A stretch of 64,000 nt of DNA from a virus (Duplodnaviria; Caudoviricetes). Every line of letters begins with the position of its first letter. The stretch's first letter is position 1. This document shows, piece by piece, positions 53,347-62,758 of the stretch. The stretch is from the IMG/VR virus record IMGVR_UViG_3300009031_000221, positions 256,001-320,000 of that record, one strand, 5' to 3'. Below the pieces are notes generated by a model that was not told the DNA's origin, ran no database searches, and saw nothing but the letters and a program-made list of their open reading frames with translations. A program made the translations under genes and the position numbers.

Positions 53347-54021
53347 TTACGCAATTGGCGGGGCAATTAGGTCTACCTGATTGAACGCCGCCTCGATCAT
53401 TTCGTTGAACTTGGCACGCTGAATTGATTTTGCCTCATCATAGCGAGCTTCAATGCCAGTGTTGGTACGAAAGCCTCGTTCAGCAAATGCCTCTCGGGCA
53501 GCGCGGGCGGCGCTACGACATTCACGAACAACACTGCTAGGGGTATATCCCGTTGAAGCATGCACGGCAGCAAGGCTGGCTTGATAACCTGATTCAGTAC
53601 GGGTATTCAGCATGGCTTCGTATGCTATCTCACGTGATTCGGCACGAATGGTTTCATCCCCTGTTTCCAAGTAACGCTTGACAAGCTCAGGGCAATCCCA
53701 ATCGGAAACAACCTGAAGGACACACCAACGGGCATATTCACGGAGGGTTGAAGTTGCATCAATCCGTTTTAGGTGCGTCCGTTTACTTGCGGCAACCTTA
53801 TCCCCATGATGTTCTACGATGGTTCCGCCTAGTTCTACTAGGTCAAGCGTTGGGCTACCTGCGGCTGCATAATGCAGTGCGTCGTACGGGTCTACTGAGG
53901 CATGCAGGCCATTGTGGCAAGCAGTGATTTCGCCTTCCTGAATGTAGGGCTCAGGGCGAACCTCATAGATGATAGTGCCGTGCTGTGCAAGCCCTTTGTT
54001 ACTGAACCAGTAGGCTTTCAT
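53347..54021 (-). CDS. MKAYWFS paralogue 2
   Basis: ACHNGLHAS, RIDAT..REYARWC, YLETGD. Confidence 0.8.
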   Translation of the reverse strand: MKAYWFSNKGLAQHGTIIYEVRPEPYIQEGEITACHNGLHASVDPYDALHYAAAGSPTLDLVELGGTIVEHHGDKVAASKRTHLKRIDATSTLREYARWCVLQVVSDWDCPELVKRYLETGDETIRAESREIAYEAMLNTRTESGYQASLAAVHASTGYTPSSVVRECRSAARAAREAFAERGFRTNTGIEARYDEAKSIQRAKFNEMIEAAFNQVDLIAPPIA

Positions 54022-54653
54022 GGAGTTTCCTTGGCGAATGCTGCATCGATCATTTCGTTGAACTTGACACGGAGAGGAATGATGGCGATTTCATCCGCGA
54101 TTGTATGTGAAGTTGTAGCGTCGACGACAGCGTATGCGGCTTCTTCCGCATCCCCTGCGACAACGTTAGGGTGACATGCCATGCAGGCAGCCCTATTCGC
54201 ACGATGAACAACCGTACGATCACCCTTTACCATAAGCACCCTATTAGCATCATAGACGGCCTTGTATGCCTTCTTCTGAAGGGTAGGATCCCCCGTTTCC
54301 AGGTATTGCTTGACAACTTCCGGACATTCCCAAAGGTGAATGACCCGAAGGGCACACCAACGAGTAAACTCACGGATAATCGGAAGGGCATCGATACGCT
54401 TGATGTGCGTACGATGGCTTGCCACGTACTTGTGATTCAATCCTATACCGTGTTCCTTGATCTGGCCATCAAGCTCCACGATATCGACCATGTTCCCATT
54501 ATTGGCGAACAACAATGCTTGGAAAGGATCCTCACCGGCATGGAGCCCGTGTATACAAGGGACAACAGGCTCATCCTCTACAAAGGGCTCAGGGCGAACT
54601 GTGTAGGTGTTTCCGTGGGATCTTCCACCCTTGCTAAACCAATAGGCTTTCAT
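54018..54653 (-). CDS. MKAYWFS paralogue 3
   Basis: PCIHGLHAG, RIDA...REFTRWCAL, YLETGD. Confidence 0.8.
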   Translation of the reverse strand: MKAYWFSKGGRSHGNTYTVRPEPFVEDEPVVPCIHGLHAGEDPFQALLFANNGNMVDIVELDGQIKEHGIGLNHKYVASHRTHIKRIDALPIIREFTRWCALRVIHLWECPEVVKQYLETGDPTLQKKAYKAVYDANRVLMVKGDRTVVHRANRAACMACHPNVVAGDAEEAAYAVVDATTSHTIADEIAIIPLRVKFNEMIDAAFAKETP

Positions 54654-55216
54654 GCTTTTTCCTCACTCGATGGTTGCGTCATCCCACGGTCGAAGATCTC
54701 TACGTCAATGCGTTCTCCTGCCATGGCGGATTCGGCGGAATTCTTGACGCCCTGGTTTGCAACACCTCGCACGTATTCGATGATATCGGACAGTTTGTTC
54801 AAGGAATTCCGTGCGTCCTCATAGAGGGCTACGAATTGTTCGTTATCGTTGGTTACCCAACGGCGAATAGGGCTGCCATTTTGGGCTCTTGTAGATCCTA
54901 CTGCAAACTCCCCAAAGCCATACACCTTCATGGCGTTCTGGGTGCATTCAATGGTGGAAATGATCATATCTACATCGGTCAGGATGGTACGGGAAGTGTA
55001 GGCATGTCCGGTACGGACAAGCTTTTGGATGACATCTCGCCGAGTGAGGGCGATGAACATGGGGTTGTAATCCCTTGGAAGCTCAAACACATTCGTTCCC
55101 GCCATGGACTTCCATCGCACCATCCGTTGTTCAGCGGTTGTCCGTGACAGGACAGATACGCCCTTGAGAGCCCCAATGACAAGAAGGATGGCGATGAGGA
55201 TTCCAAGAAATTCCAT
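54650..55216 (-). CDS. Membrane-anchored hypothetical protein
   Basis: N-terminal hydrophobic helix. Confidence 0.7.
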   Translation of the reverse strand: MEFLGILIAILLVIGALKGVSVLSRTTAEQRMVRWKSMAGTNVFELPRDYNPMFIALTRRDVIQKLVRTGHAYTSRTILTDVDMIISTIECTQNAMKVYGFGEFAVGSTRAQNGSPIRRWVTNDNEQFVALYEDARNSLNKLSDIIEYVRGVANQGVKNSAESAMAGERIDVEIFDRGMTQPSSEEKA

Positions 55217-55252
55217 GACGGGTGTAGCTCCAATGCAGTCCGTTATTCTACG

Positions 55253-55522
55253 CTACCACTTGATGATCCAGGAGGTACTTTTGGGTTGGGACGTGTACGT
55301 GGGTTGGAATCCACGTTTTAGTAGATCCGCTTTGATGGATTCGGCACCATCGTCAACAAAGTCAAGATCGATACATACTAGGTTGAGGTGTGGATGTGTT
55401 TTCACCTGATTGCGGATCCTCTGATCGATGGCCCGCAAAGCGTCATTGATATTATTTGTGGAGTACTGCTGTGCCAACAGTTTTACCCCCGCAGCAGTCA
55501 GAAGATTATCATCCATGTGCAT
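55253..55522 (-). CDS. Hypothetical protein
   Basis: Follows promoter motif. Confidence 0.6.
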   Translation of the reverse strand: MHMDDNLLTAAGVKLLAQQYSTNNINDALRAIDQRIRNQVKTHPHLNLVCIDLDFVDDGAESIKADLLKRGFQPTYTSQPKSTSWIIKW

Positions 55523-55549
55523 TATCCTTATGAAGGTATCCCCAGGACG

Positions 55550-55577
55550 ATCTACGCAGGTTGGGCTAGAAGTAAGC
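55550..55577 (-). promoter_or_regulatory. Phage promoter motif
   Basis: GCTTAC-TTCTAGCCCAACCTG-CGTAGAT. Confidence 0.8.
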
Positions 55578-55584
55578 CCCGCGA

Positions 55585-56043
55585 TTAGACCTTGGGCTTG
55601 CCGTTGGTCAGATGGGCCAGGAGCGCCGCGAACTCGAACTTGTTGAGCCGACGGTCATCCGGCAAATCCTTCAGGCGCAACAAGATTTCGCTTTCGTCAC
55701 CCTTGGCGACGTTGAGGAATGCCAGGTCTTCCTCGGCGATGTCCACTTCCCACAGGGGACGGGCACGCTTGCCGACGAAGACGTAGGGCAAGTCGGAACC
55801 GGCGTAGGAACTGGAATGCCCGTGGTCGGGGACTTCGCCGCCCGGGGAGTGCATGTTGAAGGTTTCGCACACAACGACCTGATTTTCCCACATGACACGC
55901 AACGTGGTGCCCTCGGGGATGATCAGGGCATGCTTGCGGTCATGCGTGCCGGAGGCGGAAATGGACTCCTTGCGCTGGATGAAGCGGAAGCCCCAGTCAT
56001 TGCCCTCTGCCAATCGAATGAATTTCATCGGTTCCTCCACCAT
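55585..56043 (-). CDS. Hypothetical protein
   Basis: GC3-rich ORF after promoter motif; start probably 56028. Confidence 0.7.
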   Translation of the reverse strand: MVEEPMKFIRLAEGNDWGFRFIQRKESISASGTHDRKHALIIPEGTTLRVMWENQVVVCETFNMHSPGGEVPDHGHSSSYAGSDLPYVFVGKRARPLWEVDIAEEDLAFLNVAKGDESEILLRLKDLPDDRRLNKFEFAALLAHLTNGKPKV

Positions 56044-56082
56044 GTAGTTCGTGTGACAGGGTTTAGTCCATGTCTACACGTC

Positions 56083-56110
56083 ATCTACGCGATGGTTCCG
56101 GTAAGTAAGT
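56083..56110 (-). promoter_or_regulatory. Phage promoter motif
   Basis: ACTTAC-TTACCGGAACCATCG-CGTAGAT. Confidence 0.8.
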
Positions 56111-56279
56111 CATCCAAACAGAACGTAGTAGACGCTAGCGATAACGGTAAGCCCTACCACGAATCCTAGGAGCCTATAGCGTGTAGGGGAATAGGATACC
56201 TTGGTGGCTGGTGCGTCTGCCAAAGCTTCGTCCAACTGGGCATCGATCTCAGCGCTTGTCATGACCTTCATGCGACGTG

Positions 56280-56564
56280 TCATAGTGCCCTCGTGTCCTG
56301 TTCGGTTACTTCTGCCAGCCAATCCCGAAATCCTGTATTAGCCCACGGCATTGCAAGCCGATTGGTTTCATTCTTCAGGGTGCTAAATGACATCTTGAAT
56401 GGGTCATTCTGACCAAACAAGTCCAGATAGGCACGCTCCCATAACCGGCGTTGATCGGGCAAGCATCCATCTATGGCAGCTAGTTGCACGGCACGATAGT
56501 AAACAAAGGGATGTTTGAATTCCCCTTTATTTGCAAGCACACGTTCAAGATAGCCCGGTGTCAT
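56280..56564 (-). CDS. Hypothetical protein
   Basis: ATGA-coupled ORF. Confidence 0.55.
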   Translation of the reverse strand: MTPGYLERVLANKGEFKHPFVYYRAVQLAAIDGCLPDQRRLWERAYLDLFGQNDPFKMSFSTLKNETNRLAMPWANTGFRDWLAEVTEQDTRAL

Positions 56565-56941
56565 AGCGGGTCTTCCTCAATGTCATGCTGTGTCCCAAGG
56601 CAAAGGAATTCCAGTTCATCATGGATGTGATCCAGTTGGGCCTGCCGATACTGGGTCGCAGCGGCGATCAACATGATCTTCCTGGGACTCGAGTGATCGA
56701 ACAGCAATCCATAGTAGCCCAAAGCATCGGTAGACGCTTCCGCCAACTTCGTTGCAAGCTCGAGCACATCAGGCGTAGGAGGCCAGTTGAAGAAGTTCAT
56801 GACTGCCTCAGGCGTTTTCGTGACCGGATGCCCCGTACGACGCAGAAACTGCCCTGCATCCAACACACGGTTGCGGCCTTTGGATTCGTCGCTCTGCATG
56901 TAGGCGGAGATCAATTCAGATGTCAAGTAATCGTCAATCAT
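56561..56941 (-). CDS. Hypothetical protein
   Basis: Coupled ORF. Confidence 0.6.
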   Translation of the reverse strand: MIDDYLTSELISAYMQSDESKGRNRVLDAGQFLRRTGHPVTKTPEAVMNFFNWPPTPDVLELATKLAEASTDALGYYGLLFDHSSPRKIMLIAAATQYRQAQLDHIHDELEFLCLGTQHDIEEDPL

Positions 56942-57602
56942 TTGTGTATCCTTTATAGTGCGGGAACAAGGCGGAACGCGCTTGAATCCCTAGATTCTGT
57001 CCTCTGCAATCATCAAGGGGTTTGGTCGCATGCTTCCAAGGATTCCCGATAATGTCCTGTTTTTCCATAGGGGAGTCGGAATAGTATGCTGCCATGCCCA
57101 GTTGAGTGAATAGCACACTCACAGGTCCCTCCTGGGTATCCGAAATAGCTACGGGGTGTACCTGAATAGGGATACAAACTTGATTGACTCGTGGGTCAAT
57201 CTCGCGGGCGGTTCCCACCAAGGCAGTGATGCAGTCGTTCAATGAAATCCGCAGTGATTCAATGGCATTATTGGCAATAACCTCCATTGAATCACTGGGG
57301 TTTGTGTTGTATGCCAGTTCAAATAGCGGGATAGTTACCCTCCTGCCTGTCCGGTTCTCTAGAATATCGTTCCCATCCTCCCCGAGGAAGAATACAGGTG
57401 TGTTCGGATCTTTGTCATAGATAGGGGCACATCCTGAAGGCAAATCATCGAAATGAACGTGAATGGACTCCCATAGGATACCCTTTGGAAGGATGTTTGC
57501 TTTAGATACCAGGGGAGTGGCAAGGGATGATCGGGTTTGGAAGCCGAGAATGGCAGCGATCGATACTCCCAATGTATTGTGGAGGAATGTTCGACGATTC
57601 AT
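56934..57602 (-). CDS. Tat-like signal peptide fused to a possible major-capsid-protein fragment
   Basis: MNRRTFL + h-region; LP.G..PIYDKDP...FFLGEDG.DIL....RRV.IPLFELA.N recalled from large-phage capsid proteins, not verified. Confidence 0.6.
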   Translation of the reverse strand: MNRRTFLHNTLGVSIAAILGFQTRSSLATPLVSKANILPKGILWESIHVHFDDLPSGCAPIYDKDPNTPVFFLGEDGNDILENRTGRRVTIPLFELAYNTNPSDSMEVIANNAIESLRISLNDCITALVGTAREIDPRVNQVCIPIQVHPVAISDTQEGPVSVLFTQLGMAAYYSDSPMEKQDIIGNPWKHATKPLDDCRGQNLGIQARSALFPHYKGYTND

Positions 57603-57614
57603 GATCCCGTATCC

Positions 57615-57941
57615 TTATAGCGTGAAGGCGTATGGTCCCGTGGTCATAGGGACTTCCTTGACTGTACCGTATTCCTGCCGTGCCCATTGGCGGAGCAAAC
57701 GCCCAGGTTCGTCCGATGTACCCTCAATGAGATCCCAACGGACTGGAGGTCCGTCCACGTCCCCTTCATCATTTGTCGTGTCAATGACAAATTGTTCGAC
57801 TTGGTACATGTAGTCTATACCCGTTCGCCCCCCAACCATTGCGTACAAATTTCCTGGGGGTTCCGATGCGTCATAAATCTTCAAGAACATGCATTCCTCC
57901 TTAGTGCACGATGGGTTGCCCCATTTTGACCGGTAACCCAT
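57615..57941 (-). CDS. Hypothetical protein
   Basis: Probable start at MFLKIY after AAGGAGGA. Confidence 0.55.
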   Translation of the reverse strand: MGYRSKWGNPSCTKEECMFLKIYDASEPPGNLYAMVGGRTGIDYMYQVEQFVIDTTNDEGDVDGPPVRWDLIEGTSDEPGRLLRQWARQEYGTVKEVPMTTGPYAFTL

Positions 57942-58416
57942 CGTTCACGTCATGGACCGCGTAGGGTTCCGCCAATGGGTACGATTGAGCTATCCTTAGG
58001 GATGTTTCCAACAGGTCAGGGGTTGTCATATCAATCGCTTCTTTTCGCCGTTTACGATCTTTTTCATCGTTCAAAGTCCAAAGCGTCTTCGTGGATCGCC
58101 CCATGAATATTTCATGTTGGAGGATCTCAAAATTGGGACCAACAAATACACGGGCTACCAATGTGGGTGTCGGGGGTTCTTCATACCTCCCCAAAACGAA
58201 CATCCATATGCCGTCAAAACATGAATCAATGCTTATGCGAACCCACTTCTCTGGCATGGCATCACAGAGGTGATTTGTGGCAGCATGATCGGTTTTTGGC
58301 ATATTATTTTCCATGATTCCGTCGATTCTTCCCAATTGCCCGCGTCTTGATGTCGTCATGGATGACATAGACCGTAGCGATGAATTGTGCTGTCGTGATG
58401 ATACCGATAAGGGCAA
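57901..58416 (-). CDS. Hypothetical protein
   Basis: ORF in operon; start uncertain. Confidence 0.55.
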   Translation of the reverse strand: MPLSVSSRQHNSSLRSMSSMTTSRRGQLGRIDGIMENNMPKTDHAATNHLCDAMPEKWVRISIDSCFDGIWMFVLGRYEEPPTPTLVARVFVGPNFEILQHEIFMGRSTKTLWTLNDEKDRKRRKEAIDMTTPDLLETSLRIAQSYPLAEPYAVHDVNDGLPVKMGQPIVH

Positions 58417-58466
58417 TGCTACTTACGGTGAGTGCCGTAATGCTAGCTGCCTGCTTGATGGATTTT

Positions 58467-58907
58467 CTACTGAGCCTCATTGGTTTCTTCCTTCTTCTCA
58501 ATGCCCTGCATAGAGGCCATCAGGTTTATGGCGAAGATCCCAAAGGCATGACTCTCCGGTGAGTCATCAGGCGGAATGAACAGCCTTGGGTGTCCTTCCG
58601 CGATGGCCTTAGCCCTTGCCTTGGCCTCTAACGTGTACCAAGCAGGCAACTTGTGCCGATAGTTGGAAGTCGGGCCAGTGATGCACACCAAGTTCAGCAG
58701 GGTGGCACGATCAACGTCTACCGCATCAAGGATGGCATTCAGACCTTCGCAGTCATTGAGCATCCCGTTGAACATGATGTCTTGAATCGCCTCATATTCT
58801 CCGTCCGTCATATCCTCTTGCGAATAGAAGTTGATGGATTCCAGTGTTTCAGATGGCGTCATTTGATTTCCTCTTTCAGTTCGCCCATGGGTTGGAGATC
58901 CTTCCAT
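58467..58907 (-). CDS. Hypothetical protein
   Basis: Probable start MTPSET after GAGGA. Confidence 0.6.
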   Translation of the reverse strand: MEGSPTHGRTERGNQMTPSETLESINFYSQEDMTDGEYEAIQDIMFNGMLNDCEGLNAILDAVDVDRATLLNLVCITGPTSNYRHKLPAWYTLEAKARAKAIAEGHPRLFIPPDDSPESHAFGIFAINLMASMQGIEKKEETNEAQ

Positions 58908-59065
58908 TTTTCAGCCCCGGCGGAGGTCTCACGAAAGCTTATGATCGTTACGTCTACCCTGTAACCGTCAGGTGTGGAGTAGACGTAGGTAGGACAACCT
59001 CGGTTTGCCATGTCGGCACTATAGAATCCGTAGATCTTATTGCGTTTGCGGAATATGCGACACAT
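58859..59065 (-). CDS. Hypothetical protein
   Basis: First ORF after promoter motif. Confidence 0.55.
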   Translation of the reverse strand: MCRIFRKRNKIYGFYSADMANRGCPTYVYSTPDGYRVDVTIISFRETSAGAEKWKDLQPMGELKEEIK

Positions 59066-59088
59066 GTACCATAAACCTCTTCAGATTG

Positions 59089-59116
59089 ATCTACGCATAC
59101 ACGGGTTGAAGTAAGC
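59089..59116 (-). promoter_or_regulatory. Phage promoter motif
   Basis: GCTTAC-TTCAACCCGTGTATG-CGTAGAT. Confidence 0.8.
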
Positions 59117-59189
59117 CTATGCCCCTAGTTCGTTTATACACATTACCTCTGTAGAGACCCTCCTATATTGTAGGGCGCGGGAGGTTATT

Positions 59190-60068
59190 TTGGCTGGCGA
59201 AATCAAAGGAACCCAGATTAGCAATGAATCCATTGCTAAAACACACATGACTGTTGGGTTGCAGGGTGAACTTGATGCCAAGGCATTGGATTCGGCTGTC
59301 CTTAAGAAGGACGGATCCGTTGTTCTGACTGGGCCGTTGGCGGGAATCGCGGGTGTAGGGCCTACAGACCTCGTCACTAAATCCCAGTTGGATAGTGTTG
59401 CCGGCGGATCCCTAATCCGCAATCAAGTGCTAGATTCCCTGGCTGCTCAACCGGGACACGTTGAAGGCGCTCGATACCTTGCCACTGCTACAGCAGGCGA
59501 TTGGGTCATCAATCACCTCTATACGTCTCTTTTGGGCGTGTGGGTGGATGATGGCGCACCGGTTGTTGGTTGGCTGGTCTATGACATCGCGGCGGGGGAT
59601 TGGAAATATTTCGATGGTGTTAATTGGATACCGAATTTCCAAGGGTTTCAAGTAGTTCATGCAGGGAACGGTCTAACAGAAGACGGTGCCAAAAACTTCA
59701 ACGTGAATGTAGACGGCACTTCCATTCAGATCACCGGCGGCATCCTGGAAATTGTACCCAGTACCACAGCGCCCTTTGAGGCTATTATTGAATCCGTTCT
59801 AAGCCCTCACACGGCAATTGAATCTATGGTTCTTGTCAATCCTCCGGTTGCTATTGCTTTCACTGTCAACCTGCCGGCGGGGGCAACACATGCTACGAAG
59901 CGTGTAACCGTCAAAGATAAGAAAGGGATGTGCTCGGATATAACTACCCAAATCACCATCAATGCTTTTGCCGGGGAAACCATTGACGGGGATGCAAGCA
60001 TACAGATTGACAACAATAAAGCGGCTGTGTCGATGGTGTTTAGTGGCACCGAATGGAGTGTGATATGA
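59190..60068 (+). CDS. Putative tail-fibre/virion protein (DUF2793-like middle, tail-associated C-terminal domain)
   Basis: GARYL..A.GDW...GWLVYD.....YFDG.NW; TVNLP.......VTVKD.G......ITI....ETIDG...W.V. Confidence 0.65.
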   Translation: MAGEIKGTQISNESIAKTHMTVGLQGELDAKALDSAVLKKDGSVVLTGPLAGIAGVGPTDLVTKSQLDSVAGGSLIRNQVLDSLAAQPGHVEGARYLATATAGDWVINHLYTSLLGVWVDDGAPVVGWLVYDIAAGDWKYFDGVNWIPNFQGFQVVHAGNGLTEDGAKNFNVNVDGTSIQITGGILEIVPSTTAPFEAIIESVLSPHTAIESMVLVNPPVAIAFTVNLPAGATHATKRVTVKDKKGMCSDITTQITINAFAGETIDGDASIQIDNNKAAVSMVFSGTEWSVI

Positions 60069-61255
60069 GTTACCCAGGTTCTAACGTTCGTGTGGCTCAA
60101 TATGATGGTTCGATGTTTGGGGGTACTCGTGCCCACCAAGATTTAGCTGTATTTGAACGATTGCATGACTATCCGGGCGTTGCAACTGCATATGACACGG
60201 AATCCTACGGATTTGATACGGGTGGTGTCGTGGGTACGGCAACACATGTACCTAACACAGGATCCATTCGTCTGGCTTTGTCTGATGCTACGGTATCTAA
60301 GAAAGCTCGTTTACGGTCACACGATATCATCCGGTATCAACCGGGATGCATGCCTATTGTTCAAATGACGGGGGTGTCATCATCCAATGCAGGCATGATT
60401 TTGAAGTGTATTCGTCGGACATCCACGTCGGGTGTTCCTGTGGATAACGTTGAAGCGACCATTGCAGGCATTGATGCTGCAACCGAGAATAGGTATGAAC
60501 TTCGGTATGCCTACCTTGGTGTTCAAGGTGTTCAGTATTACGTCAATGGAAATCTGGTCCAAAACTCCATTTTGGCGGGAACATTGACGGTTCCTTTCAT
60601 GAAGACCCCACATTTGCCCATATCAGTTGAGATCCAAACTTTGGTCGATGGTTCACAAGTAATTCGACTTGGGGTTTTCGATGACTCTGATGGGTTGTTC
60701 TTTGAATGGTCTCGTGCCGTTGGGTCTGCCGCTGCATTTTCCTATGACTACAAATGTTCGTCAGGTCGATTGATTGGGGGGTCGGTATATCCGTTCCATA
60801 CTTATGGGATGACCAGGGCTACAACAGGTACGGGGGCTGCAATGATCCCATTGTTCAGTATTCGCCCAAAGGCGACTTTGAACGGTATCCCCTCCCGTGT
60901 TCAAATATTCCCGACTCAGGTTTCTTTCTTTAGTGAGTCTCAACCCGGTGCTTTGGCAATCATTATGAACACAACCTTAACAGGGCCTACATGGGTATCC
61001 GCTTCCCCTAGCCCTGCCGTGGAAGTGGATGTTGCCGCTACTCTTGTGGCCGGGGGGACTACTTTGTGGCAAGTAGGGCAAGGTGCCAATCAACAATACA
61101 CCTATGATCTATCCAAGCTATTCACCTTGATTGGTATCAAACTTCGTCACCAAGCCTTCACGGGGACTGAGGATATCCTAACTTTCGCCGTTCAACGGGA
61201 AGGGGCTGTCAATTTTGATCCCCGTGTGACAGTAACCTGGGACGAATTGCGTTAG
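60065..61255 (+). CDS. Putative virion structural protein
   Basis: 396-aa beta-rich ORF, ATGA-coupled to tail-like gene. Confidence 0.65.
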   Translation: MSYPGSNVRVAQYDGSMFGGTRAHQDLAVFERLHDYPGVATAYDTESYGFDTGGVVGTATHVPNTGSIRLALSDATVSKKARLRSHDIIRYQPGCMPIVQMTGVSSSNAGMILKCIRRTSTSGVPVDNVEATIAGIDAATENRYELRYAYLGVQGVQYYVNGNLVQNSILAGTLTVPFMKTPHLPISVEIQTLVDGSQVIRLGVFDDSDGLFFEWSRAVGSAAAFSYDYKCSSGRLIGGSVYPFHTYGMTRATTGTGAAMIPLFSIRPKATLNGIPSRVQIFPTQVSFFSESQPGALAIIMNTTLTGPTWVSASPSPAVEVDVAATLVAGGTTLWQVGQGANQQYTYDLSKLFTLIGIKLRHQAFTGTEDILTFAVQREGAVNFDPRVTVTWDELR

Positions 61256-61509
61256 CGCCAATGTCTAGCGGGGAGCCGTAAGGGATAAATAGCACGCGGT
61301 AGCTCGTGTGGCGTACAAGGTTGCGTCTGGGACCAATCCTGTCGTTTCGGATTTTCGTAATAGCTGATCACAGGCCCAAACTGAGTATGGGGTTTGGGCA
61401 CGTATCGTTTGTGCCTGTATTCCATCCCATGATCCCCACATCAATAAGCACATCGTGGCTACGGAAGCCCCGACGATCCAGATCCCCATTTTGGTACTCA
61501 TTGTAACCC

Positions 61510-61722
61510 CTACGTGTGTGCAACCCAATACCCGCCCGGGTGCTTGGTCAACAATACATACTCTGCGGTGGGGAGCTTGAACCGGACTCCCGTGGCACCC
61601 ACGGCGGTATCCGCATGTTTCATTGCATCCCGAAGGGTCGGATGGATAGTATATGTCGCGTCCACATAGTGAACCCAGGCCTCAAACTTGGCAGGGCCTA
61701 GATTGGGATCAAAACTTGACAT
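61510..61722 (-). CDS. Hypothetical protein
   Basis: Coupled small ORF. Confidence 0.5.
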   Translation of the reverse strand: MSSFDPNLGPAKFEAWVHYVDATYTIHPTLRDAMKHADTAVGATGVRFKLPTAEYVLLTKHPGGYWVAHT

Positions 61723-62063
61723 TATTTCTTCTCCTGTAGGATGTCTTGCAGGCCTTTGTAGGGGTCGGCGTGGGCTAGATCGCCTTGGGCAGAATCTGTC
61801 CGGTACTTCTTCGGCACGTCATCATAGGGAAGACGGAGATCAAGCTCCCGGTCAATCCATAGAAGGCCAGGATCTCCTAAGTGCGTGGTATAGATCAACT
61901 GTGCCTCTTCAAGGCTATTCGTTTCCCACTTCCCTTCTACGGGGACGAGAAATGGCCCAGAAAGGCTTGTCCATGTCAGAACGTATCGAGCGTGCGGGTT
62001 CGGCATTGGGCGTGTCATAGGGCTATTCCTCCACGGTAGACGCGAATCCCCACTCGAGGGCAA
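61722..62063 (-). CDS. Hypothetical protein
   Basis: Coupled small ORF; start uncertain. Confidence 0.5.
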   Translation of the reverse strand: MPSSGDSRLPWRNSPMTRPMPNPHARYVLTWTSLSGPFLVPVEGKWETNSLEEAQLIYTTHLGDPGLLWIDRELDLRLPYDDVPKKYRTDSAQGDLAHADPYKGLQDILQEKK

Positions 62064-62307
62064 GGACTAGTTCAAGGGCAACCTTCTCTTTCGTCATGGG
62101 CTCTTCTTTGTAATCCTCAATGTACTTGTCAACCTCATTGCACAGGTCATCGAAGGACAAGGACTTTGTGGAATCGAGCATGTGGACGATGAATCCGCAC
62201 TTGTCCCACGCATCGGATACCGCATAGTTTATGCCAGTCCCGTAGATTCTAAAATGCGGTTTCAAATCGCCACTGATATCATGTGTGGAACGGATGAACT
62301 TCGCCAT
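62023..62307 (-). CDS. Hypothetical protein
   Basis: TAATG-coupled ORF. Confidence 0.6.
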   Translation of the reverse strand: MAKFIRSTHDISGDLKPHFRIYGTGINYAVSDAWDKCGFIVHMLDSTKSLSFDDLCNEVDKYIEDYKEEPMTKEKVALELVLALEWGFASTVEE

Positions 62308-62519
62308 TAGTCTAACTCGCTATGGGGGATGAGTTTAGGTATCACTTGCTGTGCCATGAATATCCAAAGACCTTCAGGCCAGCAATCTAAATCCCCATCT
62401 GGGAGGTCTGAATTAACTGGGCATGGCCAGTACTTCGTTTTGACCCTTTGATCGATGGTGTCCGTATCCAGCATCTCTATTGTGCGTGTACTGGATGATT
62501 GATAGATTACAAGGAACAT
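62307..62519 (-). CDS. Small paralogue of next ORF
   Basis: LPDGDLDCWPEGLWI...V.P. Confidence 0.6.
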   Translation of the reverse strand: MFLVIYQSSSTRTIEMLDTDTIDQRVKTKYWPCPVNSDLPDGDLDCWPEGLWIFMAQQVIPKLIPHSELD

Positions 62520-62758
62520 CAGGGTACCTTCCAGGTCGTGATCATCTGCACCGGACGGGGGAGTACCAAGTCACCCTTGATGATCCATACGCCCAAAGGC
62601 CAGGATTCAATGTCACCGTGAGGTAGGGTGTCACTGCAGAACTTCTGTTCCCCATCCATACCCCACTCATTGAGCAAGGATTCAAGCTTGGTTTGATCCA
62701 TATGCTTGATGGTGAGTTCGTCGGGAGTCCGTTCGATGACAACATAATTTAGCCGCAT
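62519..62758 (-). CDS. Small paralogue of previous ORF
   Basis: LPHGDIESWPLGVWI...V.P. Confidence 0.6.
   Translation of the reverse strand: MRLNYVVIERTPDELTIKHMDQTKLESLLNEWGMDGEQKFCSDTLPHGDIESWPLGVWIIKGDLVLPRPVQMITTWKVP

Noticed and set aside
53348-53374. Degenerate promoter motif CCTAA-N15-CGTAAAT upstream of ORF 53317
   Set aside because: It has mismatches in both boxes and lies inside the neighbouring gene, so it was not counted among the 18 copies.
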